Below are positions 1 through 14,000 of a stretch of 64,000 bases of DNA, one piece after another (within the stretch, counting starts at the first letter, position 1; each line of letters opens with the position of its first letter). Origin of the DNA: Klebsormidium nitens (lineage: Eukaryota > Plantae > Klebsormidiophyceae); the NCBI GenBank assembly GCA_000708835.1, contig DF237012.1, positions 186,001 through 250,000 of the forward strand, given 5' to 3'. The notes under the pieces were generated by a model that saw only the letters and a program-made list of their open reading frames with translations, ran no database searches and was not told the DNA's origin. Made by a program: the position numbers and the translations under genes.

Positions 1-18
1 AGGTGGGACAGACACCTC

Positions 19-3000
19 TCATACGTCCAGATGATCCGCCGGCGCCATCTCAACTTCCTCCGTAATCTCCCCACTCTCGTTCCTACTCCGCTCCCGACTC
101 GACTCCGACACTACCAGCCCCGAGCTCAGGTCGCAGACGGGGCACGCGCGCGCGCCCCCTGCTAGCTCGCGCGTGCACTCTTTGCAGGCGACGTCGTGCT
201 GGCAGGGCAGGTCGCTGGTCGCCGCGCGCGGCTTCGAGTGGCAGACGAGGCACAGGGGCTTGTCGCTGGAGGCTTTGGTGCGACCCAGAAGGCCTTCTTG
301 GGACGTGGACGAGGACGCACCGGAATCGGGTTTTGAAGGGGACTGCAGGGAGAGAGTCTGCTGTGAGAATATGATGGGATGGAGACGATAGAGTGAGCGG
401 TCTGATCCAATATTCAAGCTAGAAATTGCAGGGGATCTTTGCCTTTAGGCTGGATGGGAAGAAGTAGATGGAGCATCTATCTTTGAAGTTGATCTTTGGA
501 TCATAAGACAGGCAAGGGTCAGAAAAGAACACATAGTCAGCGGTGACGGTAAGTCGGATCCAGTTACAAGACTCCCGCAAGACGAACCAGTTGCTTGCCG
601 CTCAATCATCCCCGTCCAAGTAAGACACCCCGAAAGCTGCCTCTAGTTTAGGAAACGGAATAATCCCATCCGTCTTACGAAAAACAAAGCCCAACGTTCT
701 TCAAAGTTATGATCAACCACTCACGGAGTCGGTTAGGTCGATGACCACGTGCGGGGGGATCCCCTCGTCGTCCTCCGCGAGCGGCAGCAGCGTCTCGACG
801 ATGTCGCCCATCAGCGGCCGGTAGTCAGCCTCCGCCTGTACACACATGGCCGCGATCGCGGCGACCGTGCAGAGCGACTTGATAGGAAAGCGCCCGCCGA
901 GCGCTGGGTCCGCCATCTCGAGGAGTTTGTCCTTGTTGCTTAGGTTGGGGCCCGCCTGGAGAGCGGAATCGGAACACGTGAGCGGAACGGCGAGATGACG
1001 TGCATACGACCAAAGTAAGTAATGCTTGAGGAGAAAATCTGCGGAGAGCTGAAGCGATGGAGATAGGCGATCCGCAAGACTCTGTCAACCAGCGGAAAAA
1101 ACTGGCAGCAAAAAGACAACGTAAGCTACTTGAACGGAATTTGTCAAAGCGGTCAATAAACGTTCTTACGCATCTCTAGTCAATAACGTAAACAACAACG
1201 GACATTCACGGAGGCAGAATCTTTGACAGTAAACGAAGCAAGTATTCTGCAAGGGAGGGACTTCGACCACTATTCTCTGAGCACTCCCTCCCAAGCCGAA
1301 ACGTGGGTTGTGAATTTTGTGATCACAACCGGTGCTTATACAGAAACAGCAATCCAATCAAAATTCTGGAAGATTTCGAACGGAAGATGCACCCGCCAAC
1401 TCACCCACGACACCAGGCTCTGTTCTTTGGGCGGTCGCCGGATGTCAACCGGGCGCCGCCCGGTGATGAGCTCCAGGAGCACGACGCCGTAGCTGTACAC
1501 GTCCGACTTCTCGGTCAAGTGCCCGGTCATCACGTACTCGGGGGCGACCTGCGAAGCGGCGCAGAGTGGGAGTGAGAGCAGAATTCGCGACCCGGGTCGC
1601 CCGCAAGATGAAACGAAGTGGATTGAAATTGACCGCTTCAAAAGAGAAGAGGCTCTGAGCGCAGATGCAGGAGTCAGACGAGGGAGTGGAAAGCGGGGAC
1701 TCAATTCCTTGTGACAAACGAAGACAAGCCTCCTACTATCCGAGCAGATTGAGCTGCTTGCGGCCCCTGAAATGTTGACTGGCTATGTACAGGGTTTCAG
1801 AATCGTTTGATCAACTTACATATCCGAAGGTACCCAATACGCGCGTGCTGATGTCGTCGTTGTGATTGGGCGCCAGTTTGGCCAGCCCAAAATCGGCGAC
1901 CTGCAAGAGCCCAAGAAGTCCGTTTACTAAACTGGCCTTTCAAATTGCGCTATGGGTTTACGAGATCTGAACTGCTTGACTACACTCTGAAATATGAAAG
2001 CGCCCCTAAACTCACATGAATTCAACGCGGCAACAATTGGGATGGAAAAAGGATGGTCAATCCATTCTGCATCATAACAAAGCCCTTCAAACCATCAAAC
2101 TGATGCATAGCTAAGACCCCCACCTTGGCCTCCAGTTTCTCGTCCAGCAGGATGTTGGACGACTTGAAGTCCCGGTGGAAAACCCGGGCCTCGGTGCCCT
2201 CGTGCAAGTAATGGAGGCCGCGCGCGGACCCCAGGGCGATGCGCACGCGCGCGCGCCAGTCCAGAGGTTTCGGGCCGCGCCCTGCACAGAAAACGACAGC
2301 CGCTGTGAGATACACATGACGGAGGGAGATTCAGGAACCCCGGCCCTCGGATCAGCAGAGGGAGCCTGAAACACCTGATGAGGTCGGCGTAAGCTTTCCG
2401 CAGAAGGGAGCATCGATTTGTGAAAGCAACCCAATCCCACGAGGCACAATACCATTATCACTGCTGCTTCCGAGCCCAATTCCCACCCACCAAAAGACAT
2501 TTCGGTTATTCTGGACCGAAATAGCTAATTTGCCCAGAATCCGACAGCCAAGTAATCTCGCGACAGGGCGAAAGGATCTCCACGGTACGTACCGTGCAAG
2601 TGGTCCTGGACGGATCCGTTGGGCATGAACTCATACGCGAGCAGCCGGTGGTCGCTGTCCGCGCAATAGCCTATGAGTTGCACCAAGTTCGGGTGGTACA
2701 GCCGGCTTAGCAAATCCACCTGCGCGCGCAGATTAAGCGATAAGATGCTTCAATGGCAGGTCTTTTCAAAAGATCTTTCAATCTCAAAGACACTCCATGA
2801 CTGAGGCGCTGCTCGGGATGTCCAGGAATCTGACCCATGCGTTTGAAAGCATCCGTCTAACCCGTACGTCTGATTCAAACCAGCCTGGTTGCCTCAACTC
2901 GAACGGGCCGTCTGAGACGAACCCTGCAGGGACCATTCCGCAGACTTCGATGCCGCGAGCTACTTTTTGTATCAGGAGCCGTTTCACACCGCGCGCTCAC

Positions 3001-6000
3001 CTCCACTCGGAACTCCTTGTCGCCCTGCTTCCCCTTGGGGTCCAGCTGCTTGACCGCGGCCACGCGGCCGCCCTCGAGCGCGGCGCGATAAACCCTGCCA
3101 AAACCCCCTTCTCCTAGGATGTTAGCCTTGGAGAAGTTGCCGGTCGCCAGCGCGAGGTCCTTGTACGTGAACACCTCGGCGGTCACGTGGCGCGTGCGCG
3201 CGGCCGCGAGCGCGAAGTGCATCGTCCGGCGCCAGACTGCAGCAGAAGTCATCTTTCAGATATCTGCGGACCGCATTCCTTTGCTCCTTGCCCATTCATC
3301 CATCTCGCATGTGGGAGTCCGCAAATGATTCTCGGTTCTGTCCTCTATATCCCTTCGTGATCTCGAGTCCAATTTGGGTCACGTAGGGTGGCAAAGAGGA
3401 GCAAAAAGCAACGTTTGCCATCCTTTTGAAAAGCAGGGAACAAGACAAAGAGTCCCCTAAGAGGCTATAAAATGGATACAGGCTCTCAAGCGTAAGGTCG
3501 CGTCCTTCCTGTCGAAGGCCATGCAGAACTTTTGTGCTCAATCAATTTTTCTCTTACCGTCGGGACTTATAGAGACCACAGCTTTGAAAGACTGAGTTTC
3601 TTAATTCGTATTGATACCTACGCAATGCAGTCTGAACCATGCTTGAAGGGCTCTCTAGGAAACTGCGACGCTTGAGAACCTACGTGGAGCCTGACACGTG
3701 AGCTTTGTGCAGATATTAAGAAGTGAATTGTATAACATTCGGAGGCTGGGGTAGGAGCGTCGAACTGAAGACACCTACCATCTTTTCCTTTCTGGGGGCT
3801 ACTTACGGACCGGCCCCAACTGACGCAAAAGTTGCCTGCCAGCAAAGAGCGTTTGCGTCAAAGGCTTTCCGCTTAATCGTGCCATGCCGGTTCCCTTAAG
3901 CGATGGTTAGCTTGAGCGTGTCGCTGTCCGCTTGCTTCAGTGTATTGAAGAAAGTTTGCCTCTGTTCCCGGTCTCTTTCTAGCGGTATGCACAAACCTTG
4001 CGGAGAGCTTCCACTGTTCTGCCATCGACTCAATCTCAAGAGCCACTCCCGTGTGCATACACCCTATCGCTTTAGCCTCGCGGAGCCGACGACGTCTACG
4101 TCTACATCTTTCTCCCTGATCTCTGAAGGCAAGTATGAAGTTCGACCCTTCGACCATCCTTCAGCGACGCCCATTCCAACTTTTGTTCAGTCTGTGGTCC
4201 GAGCGCTTGCTACAACTGACCAACCTTTATACGATGGATAGTCCACCCATCGAAAGTTGAAGGTAGGGAATTCCCACCGTTCTTGTCGCGCTGAACCTTT
4301 TGGAAGCTCAGGCTCGGGTGCAGCCCCCTCCGCCGCACAACAAACACCGCGCCGGCTGTAGCCACCGCCAAAACGACCACCGCTGCAAGGACCCCACCCA
4401 CGATGCTGCCCACTTTGGCCCCGCTGCTGGAAGACGTGCCGGGAGCGCTGGCGCCTACATTGAGAGGTAGAAAATTTGGTGTTGATAACTTGGCATCGAT
4501 TGGCAGTGATCTTTACATATTGGCGTTACGTTGCCTTGTGCACAGATCAATCGAAGAACCCCTAACAATGGTTTCTTCTTAAGTGGCCCTGCTGCTGGAA
4601 GACGTGCTGGGGGCGCTGGCACCTGTTTGGGGGGGTAAGCATTCCGATTTTAGCAGTCGTTATTATGTTCGAGTTCCCGGATCTTAGCTCTTTGGCTTTC
4701 AGTAGCCCTGCGTGCGATCTCACTTAAAGAGGACTCCCGCGATGCTGCCCACTTTGGCCCCGCTACTGGAAGAAGTGCCGGGGGCGCTAGCACCTGTTCG
4801 AGGGGGTAAACATTTCGGATTTAGCAATCTTTAGTACTTGCATTCAGTGGATCTCAGCTCTTTGGCTTTCAGTAGCCTTGCGTGCAGTCTCGTCTGAGGA
4901 AGAACCACAATGCTACCCCCTTGGGTCTTGATGAAAGAAGACGGGCCGGGGGCACTGGCACCGAAAGCGGGGGTTAAAGAGGTTTCGGGTTTCGTAGACC
5001 TCAAAATATCGGCTTTCAATGACCTTAGACGCTTGGCTTTCAGAAGCCTTATGTCGAGAAACGCATCAGGATGTTCCCACTTTGACCCCATGACCCCACT
5101 GCTCGAAGACGTGCGAGGGGTCACTTGCGCCTACTAAGGCAAGAGGGGGAAAAAGAACTTGTGACGTGTGAGGACGAATGCGGGGAAATGCGAAGTCGTT
5201 ACGAAGCGCTCTGCTTCTTCTGGGGCCACTGACACGTCCCAAAGACGACGGGGAACGTACTAGAAAATGGCTCAATACGAAGACGGCCAAGGCCGGTCTA
5301 AAATATTCTCAAAACTTTGGCAGGCGGCTAATCTCTTAACTTGCTACCTTTACTTTCAGAGGCGCCTTAGGCAGTGGACAGTACGTAAACCTTTTCCTGG
5401 TCTCACCAGACGGAGGTTTCACCTCGCCGAAGGCAGCCGTCACACGATTGGCAACGCGCCCACCATGTCAAGCTATGGAACACCTTTCTTGTAGCATTTT
5501 GTTGCAAAGACCGTCGGTTGAAGACGTTCTGACGGATCGAAATCTCCAGCAATTATGTCTCTCGGTCTACAACTCACCCACGCTTGTAGCGCTCCGCGCT
5601 GCTGCCCCCCCCACTGTCGACCCGTTCGCCTCGCCCAGAATGACCGTCGGCGCCGGTCCGGCCTGCGCAGGAACCAAAGCCGCGACGCCCTCCGGCCCGC
5701 TTATGGAAAACGACTGCAGCCCGATCGACGAACTGGGAAGCGCCAGCTGGCGCTGTTCGGACACGCCAGTCCCGCTGAGCTGGATGAACGTGCCTGGCTC
5801 CCAACCGTTGCCGGACGCGGCTTTCAGCCATAGGTTGTAGGCGCCGGGAGGGAAGCAGGCGGCGACGATGGTGGTGGAGTGATTTGTGTAGTTGCTTCCC
5901 TGGAGGGGGACGGGAAACGTCTTGATTCAGAGACGTGCAGCAAAGGAGCGAAGGAGAGTAGCAATGAACGCCTGCAAACATGAAAGATGAGACCTCGAAG

Positions 6001-7465
6001 GATTGTGAAGCTTGTTCGTAGTGGCAGCACTAACTCTGATGGATCCAAACTCGTAGTTTCAGTTCCGTATTCTACATCTCTTTAGAACAATCTTACCTTT
6101 CCTATATGATTCTTATAAACGAAGAATTGACAAAGGGACGAACGTTCGCTTGCCGCAGAACTTCATGCAAAGGGAATGCGTTTCAGCCCTGTGACAAACA
6201 CGATAAATTGAGCCCAAAGGCTTGAAGGCTTTGCTTTTCTTAGAGGAAAATCATACCTGGAGGAGAACGTGCGTGGAAAAGGTTGCTGAAGTGATGGTCC
6301 ACGACGCATCGGCTGCGCGTCCCTCTGCATGAAAGGTGATGGTAACAGGGACGCCGGTCGGGGAATCGGTACAGACGTCTGCAGCTGCAACACAATGATG
6401 GACCAACTTCAGTTTTTCCGCAAGTCTCACAAGGTTGTTTGGGCAATTTCCTGCTTTCCGCTTGATAGGGAAGTAAGTCGAAGGTAGTTGTTCCAACATG
6501 TTCCTCTAACTTGACTACCTGAGTTGTCTGACTTCTAGGTTTCCAACGTCTTCTGAACCTGGCAGCTCGCTCGGAAAGCGCTGTATTATGCCACAGGTGG
6601 GGTTGTGCAGCTCAAAGAACACACAGTGGGCCTCTTCTGCTTCAAAATTCAGCTTTTGGTCAGGCTAATCATGCTGAAAGTGAAGAGCCCTGTGCCCCAG
6701 CCCTGAAAGGCTGTTTGTGTAAGGGGGTGAGTCACAACGTCAGCATGGCCCGATGCGGACCATCGTGTGTCTAGTCACCTTCTGTGTTCCCTACCAGAAT
6801 TACTGCTTGCAGGTAAATTCGTGGTCCCCATATTTTGAGGATGTCCCCTCTATGTCTCCCAGGCCCACTCACAGGAAAGAGACCAGAGCAATGGGCTGAG
6901 CAAGTCGTGTGCTTTACCACTCACTAAAAACAGCACTTGTCATGCGGACTTGCGTGACTATTGGGTATTATCAGTGGTCAAGCTGCTCAACGAGATTGGT
7001 CAGTGGCAAGTTCGCAAAAGGGCACTCGCTTCATGCAGAATGTGCCAGCTCTACCTTAGAGCCAAGTGGCAGGTTTTGCAGCTCACTGCTGATGCTCTTC
7101 TAGAAGCTGACGCTCCAGACTTTGGAAAACCTTAGAAAGCTATCATTTTGATGTTGTGATGTACAGCAGTAGCAGTTGAATCTAAGCAGGCAGGTACATA
7201 TTTGACTTCATCTGTACACCTGATGCGAAGAACTCTCTTCGCATGAACCACAATCTCTTCCCTTGAGTACAGAGGAGCCTGACCAAAGTAATAATTATGA
7301 AAGGTACACTTCGAAGGTGAACCAAGAGTTCTCGCATTTTAGCCGCTAGTGTGGTTGACTGAGAAGAGCCCAGAACTCACCATTCTGACCCTGTGCTGCA
7401 GCTAGGAGCTGAGCAACGGCTGCAAAGAACGCGACCAAACCGAGCACTCGTTTACTGCCCTCCAT
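19..7465 (-). CDS. RLK/Pelle receptor-like Ser/Thr kinase (ALE2/PBS1-like catalytic domain): signal peptide, ectodomain, one TM helix, C-terminal RING-HC finger; multi-exon
   Basis: Exon 7381-7465 encodes the signal peptide [26 protein letters not shown], followed by a GTGAGT donor. Ectodomain exons lie at ~6258-6400 and ~5578-5920. The TM segment [26 protein letters not shown] starts in the exon beginning at 4454. Kinase exons: ~3001-3236 ([16 protein letters not shown]), ~2592-2719, ~2116-2281 ([12 protein letters not shown]), ~1819-1901 ([17 protein letters not shown]), ~1405-1549 ([18 protein letters not shown]), ~725-958. The last exon (19-~342) encodes CLVC..PCQH..CKEC..CPVC. Juxtamembrane and some ectodomain exons are unresolved. 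Confidence 0.88.
4400..5135 (-). repeat. Four degenerate ~169-bp tandem copies of the acceptor plus start of the TM exon, inside a kinase intron
   Basis: The true junction is tag|GCGCCAGCGCTCCCGGCACGTCTTCCAGCAGCGGGGCCAAAGTGGGC (exon starts 4454). Similar copies start at ~4622, 4793, 4961 and 5130. They share an intronic motif (plus strand gctctttggctttcagtagcc). Confidence 0.9.
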
Positions 7466-8386
7466 GGCCGTGCCAAACCTGTCCTTCCTAAAGCTAAGCG
7501 CAGGCCGTGGAACGCACAAATCTAGCTACAAAATTGTCGTGCACCACCCATAAACGCTGAGCTGTCTTCCGGCACCCTCCTTGTCGATAGCTTGAACGTG
7601 AGCTCGCTGTGTCAACTTTCGAAGAGGTCACAGCAACAATGCGGGAGCTCGCTGCAGACTTATAACCACTAGTCAAAGTGAATTAGGTGCCGCACAATGC
7701 CATGCGTTTTCATTCAGACCAAGAAGGCCGATATTCCAGCAGAAGGTAAGAAACAACTCTTGGCCCCTTCCAAGCTGCAAGCTGCATGCAATGTAGGCCA
7801 GGCGTAAAGCTGTTGCGCTTTACTGGCAGAAAAGCAGCTTGTCCTTTGTCATAGTGACAACTCCCTTCCGCCCTGCAGGTTGAACCGCTTTCTCCGAGAA
7901 GCTGGGCCGGCCGACCTTTTTAGCTCTCTAGATTCTTGCAAACATGAATTGTGACAGCCCTAGTGATACTGTAGTGGTCATCAGCTCTTGCAGCAGCTCA
8001 GCTCAACAGCTCAACAGCTGCAGCTCAGCTTATCAACTGGCAATATATATATAAAGCCGTTCTTACCCCTTCTGGCAATCTGACGGTTCTAGTGGCTGTA
8101 CCTCGCGCGCGCAAACTTGCTTATCGACGGTCGGATGCGGTCCGGCACACAAACCTCCGAAACCCGGCGGCCGCGCGATCCAGCGCCCAAACCCGGATTA
8201 GCGCTAGGATGATATATTGATCGATCATATGGAGCTAGCTAGAGTAGGACTAGCTGTTTCATTATGTCCCTAGTGTAAATCAGCACCAGCTAGTCTTAAG
8301 CTGCACTTCCTTCGCCCAGAAACTCGTTTTTGTTCAAAACTGCTGACTGCAGCTGCTTTCTTTAAAACATAACAATCTGTAAAGGC

Positions 8387-8727
8387 ATGCAGGCAATTGA
8401 CAGATCCGAATGGGCAAAAGTGCTGGTTGGAAAAGAAGTCTGGTGGGTACCAGCTGGAATGGCCGTGAGCGATATGCATTTCGAGCGGCGCGGCGGGGTC
8501 GTGCAGCTGCGCATTCGCGAGGCCCCCCCCGAAGCGTGGGGGACGGTGCGCCCCAACGCTGTCTTTCAAAAGGGAGCCACATATCGAGCTATTTCAAAAC
8601 GGCGCTCCGGGATTGCTGTAAAGGAGAAAATGGTTCCGGTTTTAGCGAAAAAGCTGTCCACTGTGGCAGAAGAGGGAGAAGCGCCGGAACATACTGTCGA
8701 AGAAGACGGTTTGGTCGACGAAGCAGG
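8387..8727 (+). CDS. Possible coding exon of a hypothetical protein
   Basis: 130-aa ORF with protein-like composition and a candidate CAG|GTATAT donor near 8727. No recognisable motif. Confidence 0.25.
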
Positions 8728-11008
8728 TATATGTTGCGCATGGTGGCATGGTGTGAAGCCCCATAGTCGTGGACCTTAATGACAGTGTGAACAGCTGCCC
8801 AGATTTCGGCCCCTTAGAACGGCGAAACGCGACGCGGAATGAAGCCTCCACGCCCGATGGAGCTCATACAGAACCAGAATCGGGGATAAAGAAACAGTTG
8901 ATGTTCCGTTTCTAGATCACTCTTCGATTTGTGAGTTCCTGAAACTGATTTGTTCCAAACGAAAGGCCAGTGGGTTTGTTCAAGGTGCCATTGATCGTGA
9001 CACTGATCCATCATCATTTAGCCGCATGAGTAGAAGTGCATCAATTTGATCAATTCTGCCGTCCACTTTGGGTCAGAGTCTTCAACCTTCGCAGCATGTA
9101 CTAAGACGGCTGTAGTGCATCGGTGGCTTTGTTCAGTCCGTTGTAGATATGCTGACGTCTGGATTGCTCGTCTTGATTAGAAGTTGCTGGCTTGCGCACA
9201 TGCTACCGCCTGTCAGCTCTCATTATGCCCTGCAATGACTCGGCGAGCCATTGATGTTCCTTTTTTGTCTACGATGAGAAGAAAAATGGTAGTAGATATA
9301 GCTTTCCCTCAGGATTACTTGGATATCAATAAACTAATATTGCGCAGCCTTCACTGTTTCGAATGTCCGTATATCATTCTGCAATGTCCACGACCGCCGG
9401 GGGAGGAAGTTGGAATGGTGGAGTGGTCACCGGTAGTCGCGGCTGCCACATTGGAGAACGAAAACGTAACGACGCCGGTTTGAACACGGTTCTCCGCAGG
9501 ACGCGTCCTGCTTCAGGATCTCAGTTGCCCGGATCCTCGCCCCGTTCATCCTTATTCGTTCGCGCCCTTGTATTCAGTTCGTCAACTGGCCGACGCTTTG
9601 ACATGAATCGATGCGGTTAATTTAAGGTGCTTCCTGAAGCTTTTCTTGATCCATTTGTCATTGCTGCCAACGTCGTTCCATGATTCATGCTGCTAGCACA
9701 TGAACCTCCCTTTGAATTCCATGTTTGCGTGTGCAAATAATTTTGATGATTTCTTCTTTGCCTAGTCATGGTGGGCAGGTACAACTTCAGGGGTTGAATA
9801 ATTATACAGGACCGAAAGCACCAGGCTGCTGCATGCAACAGCCTTACAGGCGATCAGGCGACCCTCCAGTTGCGACCCGCGGCGCTCGTTTTAGATGGGC
9901 AGCGGCATGATTATTGCACGTCCCCACAATTACCGCCGTTGCTGTTGATCTTCCAATATGAGCTACTGTACTGTGCGTCACGTATGCATGTCTGTTGGGC
10001 GGTCCTGCGGCCGCCATCGCTTACATTGCTCGCAGGTGCGCGGGCCTGTCAAAGGCAAGGCCAAGCATGAAACTGAACCGTGGTTGAACAAGCTCTTGGG
10101 AATACGAAGTCATCATGAAGTCGGACAAGGGCCTGCATAGCTGGCGCGCGGCTAAGGTAGTGGGTGCCTGTCATGGCAGGTTGATCCCCAACCCGGCGCA
10201 GCCACGGGGCAGAGCTTCGAAGCGGACATGCATCACTTAGGCGTCTAGCTCCGCATCCGGCTTGTCCAAAAGCTCATGCAGCTAGCGTCCAAATTATGCA
10301 GAGTGCCAGCTAGACATGTCAGTCCCAGACCAATCATTAAATTCTTTCCAAAAGCACCAGAGCTAGATGCACCCGGTTGATTTACAGATATAGACTCATG
10401 CAGAGCTGCGCAGCCGCAGCTGCATGTGCATATGCATCAACATTCAAGTAAGTTTCGAAAGAAAGTGCCTCGCCATACGCCGCACCTGCCATGGGCTGGC
10501 AATTGCAAGTATTAGCACGATCGACTGCAGTGCACGTAACCGTCATGACATTCGATCATTCTGTCTCAATCTTGATCAGGTTAAGTTAGCGGTAAGACAC
10601 GAGATCATGTGCCCCATCAGGCCAATCTAACAGCTCATCCGAGACCTCAGAGCTCGATTACCGTCATCAACGAACTTCATATGTCAAAACTGCGAGGCAA
10701 CTTGGCATTGACAACGGAATCACTGAAAGCTATAGTATCCCTTATTATAAGGTGAAAATAGTGCGAAACAAAAGCATCCGATATCCTGAAAGCTGCTTGC
10801 CGTCACAATGTGTATGATCAATTATGGTACAGTTGTGCCTCCTTGTCACAGAAGCCCGACCTATTCTGCGTCACTAGGAACAAATGAAGCCAATCTAAAT
10901 GCGGAAAGTGTTGCTAAGCTTGAATAAGCACTGCAGTCCACTTGTGCTTCAACCTCAGTTTACGCAAACACCTACATACCTCCACTTGCTGCAACATTTG
11001 CATACGAA

Positions 11009-14000
11009 CTAGAGCGACAGAAACTGGAATACATACGGCATGCCTTCCGTAACCGTCCATGCTACGCTAGCATAAGATATTAACCTGATTGTCGTGTCGA
11101 GATTGAACCCCTCGTCCTCGACCCAGTGCTTCGAATCCTTTTCCTGTCCTAACTTAGCCGTACTATCCCAACTTGCTTCCGATGTTTGTTTCCGCTCGGA
11201 GTTGGCCCCGTTCGTCTGAGGCCAACCCAGACCTCGATCCGCTTCTTGCCCCCAAGGCTGCCTTTTGTGTAGCGACGAAGTGTTCGAGGGAGAGGCGGGT
11301 AGACTTGGAAACTCGGCGACTCTCGTGGGGGACTCCTTGTCAACCGGGAGAGCACTGCAGCCTCTGATTGGGATGCCGAGAGCGCGGGTCACAGCCGGTA
11401 GGGTCGCCTTCAAGAACGCCTTGCTGCCTTCCTTGGCGAAGAGGATCGCCGGCAAGCCTGAATCATCACAGAGAGTGGCAGCTTGTGGGAACACTTTCAG
11501 AAAGCTGCGAAGTCAGTGACAGCAGAGGGGATATCCGGCTCCTGAAAACCAGAGGGACAGCCCGAGAAGAATGTGATTTCCGTTATGAGATCCTCACAAC
11601 GGATTCCTACGATGTCTCTCAGTTACCCGCTCTTTGAATTTTGTGTAGGGCGTGGAAATTCACCGAGACAACGGATAAATTCGGCTCTTACAGATGAAAA
11701 GCATATGCGTCTTACTTGAGGAGCCGGGAAAACAATCGAAAGAGCCAGATTAGAATGGGGAAGCAGCTGTAGCAGCAGAAAGAAGTGAGAAAACTAGTGC
11801 AATCACACACCGCTCGGAAATGTTCACGCAGGCTATCACGTTTTTCGTGATACCCTGTCCGACCTTGTCCAACCCTGCAATCAGTCCAGTAGACTTGGAA
11901 AGAAAGTACTCTGCAAATGTGGGCATTGATTGTCCTTCACAGTAGTGAAAAATATCGAGGAGATCCGCTTACCAATCAGCAACCGCTTGGCAATCGCGAT
12001 GGCACCCGGTCTCGTGAATATCGGCAGAGGGGCCGCCAGCCCATTGTGAAACTGGGCGAAGGTTCTATGGACGCCGACGATCTGAGACAAGGCAAAATTG
12101 ACGTCACTTAGCGACACCTCAGAACACGTGGCTAAAGCTGAGTTCTTTCTATTTAGGCCGTTGGAATTCGGTGAGGACGATCCTCCATCCAATAGTGGGG
12201 CCCCCACCCATACTCTGGTCGCAAAGTGACAGCTCGACTTTTTTTCTTAATCTCGTGAGGCCACTCTCGAGCATGCTGCAAAAGCGAGTCGGCTGAACGC
12301 TTCAACTCGTTGGGACGTGTGTCTCCGAATGGGAGTCAACGATGCCCAATCTACTCCTCACATGGACCACTAACGACTGCAATCGTGTCTGCAGGCGAGC
12401 AAACGAGGGATGGAGAGACCGGAACGAAAGCAACGGACTGCTCACCACGCCCAGAGCAACCCCGTTGAAGGACACGTGGTAGTCGTAACTAGGAGTGGGC
12501 GTCTCTGGCACCGGGTACAGGCAGTTGAAGAGAACCGCCAGCACAATCTGGAAGGAGATCACTGCGACGACAAGAGGGAGCAATCAGCACGAGCCACAAA
12601 AAACTATGTTTGACTGGCGCTCCTGTCTAGCAGGTGCGTGGCGGCGATATCAATGGATGAGCCGTCGACGCGCGAGATAAGCCGGCGGTCACCATTTGAC
12701 TGCAGTCAAGCTCAAGTGGTGAACACTGCAAAGTGCCGGACTCTTGTACGTTACGTTGGCTCGCACGTATGCCGAGCCCCACGCACAACCCTGCATGCGC
12801 AGAACCGAGGGACAAATGCTCTCCAAGATCCTTTAAATGTGGAGCAGAACTCCTCTCAATATCAGAGCCGGTCTCTCCTTCTTTTCAGGAACAGAGCAGG
12901 CGACCTCAGGCAAAAGCACACAAGCAGGCATTCGTCCAAAACCAAAATTTTCTCGTCTGTCAGTTGCGTGTCGCCCTCGGAGGCTCGCTCGCATTGTGGT
13001 CCCCTCCGTCCCTTCGTCTTGCACGGTTGTGGTCCCGGATACCAGTCCCAAGCGCCCCCTTTCTCCAGATTTCCAAACTTATTTTGAGTTCACATTATGA
13101 AAATAGCTGCCAAGTGTGCTGCCCTCACCGTTGGTTCCCCCAGTGACCCAGCTGTCAACGAAGCGGTCCACCTGACACCAGAGCACGAGCGCTACAGCCG
13201 CAATGATGGCGCCCACATACATGTCCACAGGAGAGTGCATCCCCTGGTAGAGCCGGCCTGGAAAGCAGCACGGGCAAACATGTCAGGTGCCTTGGAAATT
13301 ACGAAAAATACATTCGAAAAATTTGCTTTGCGCTTCTACAAACGATGAGCTTTGCGCCTCTATAAGCAATCCGCCTTTACTAGTGATTAGCTTCTCAAAT
13401 CTACGAGTGATGAAAAAGTGCAGGGGCTCAAGGTGATGCTAAACGCCTCTACATTTTGCGTTTATCACGAGGTGATCAGGCAGGTGGCATGGCAGTTTGG
13501 GCACGACGCTTTTGTGTTGGGGTGAGGTTGAGTCCAAAACCTGGGGTAAACGTGTCCACTCACCATACATAATGAACAAGCCGAGCAGAAGGACCCCCCC
13601 AACCGCGCCCCAGAGAGACGTGATCTCAATCTGGCCTTCTTGCACGAAGTAGTGCACAATGTATCTGCACGGACAGAGGTCCTTTGTGTCAGCATTTGTT
13701 GTCAGGATTTGTCACCTTCACCTGAATGCCTTCTGGGCAATAAATGAGTGGCAGACTACATGGAGGATCTCAAAGAAGCAGACTGCAAGCATATGAAGAC
13801 TGGGATAGTGCGCTTACCCAAGCAATGCAAGCGTATTGATTGTGTGCGTGGAAGGCAGCCCATACTCCTGGGCGTTGGTCTTGTCGTTGTCGTTGTTCCG
13901 GATCCGAACGACGGGGGGGGACGGCGGCCGGGGTGCACACACAACGTCCTGCATACAAGAGCGGGCGTTCCACTTCATCAACTTGGAATACCTGATCCAT

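Noticed and set aside
7700-7885. Plus-strand intron-like signature (AAG|GTAAG...CCTGCAG) upstream of the kinase
   Set aside because: Would give only a ~17-aa peptide; a UTR or non-coding transcript cannot be supported without RNA data.
12638-13146. Two overlapping plus-strand ORFs of 149 and 137 aa
   Set aside because: Antisense to an SPP1 intron and exon; no motif and composition not protein-like.
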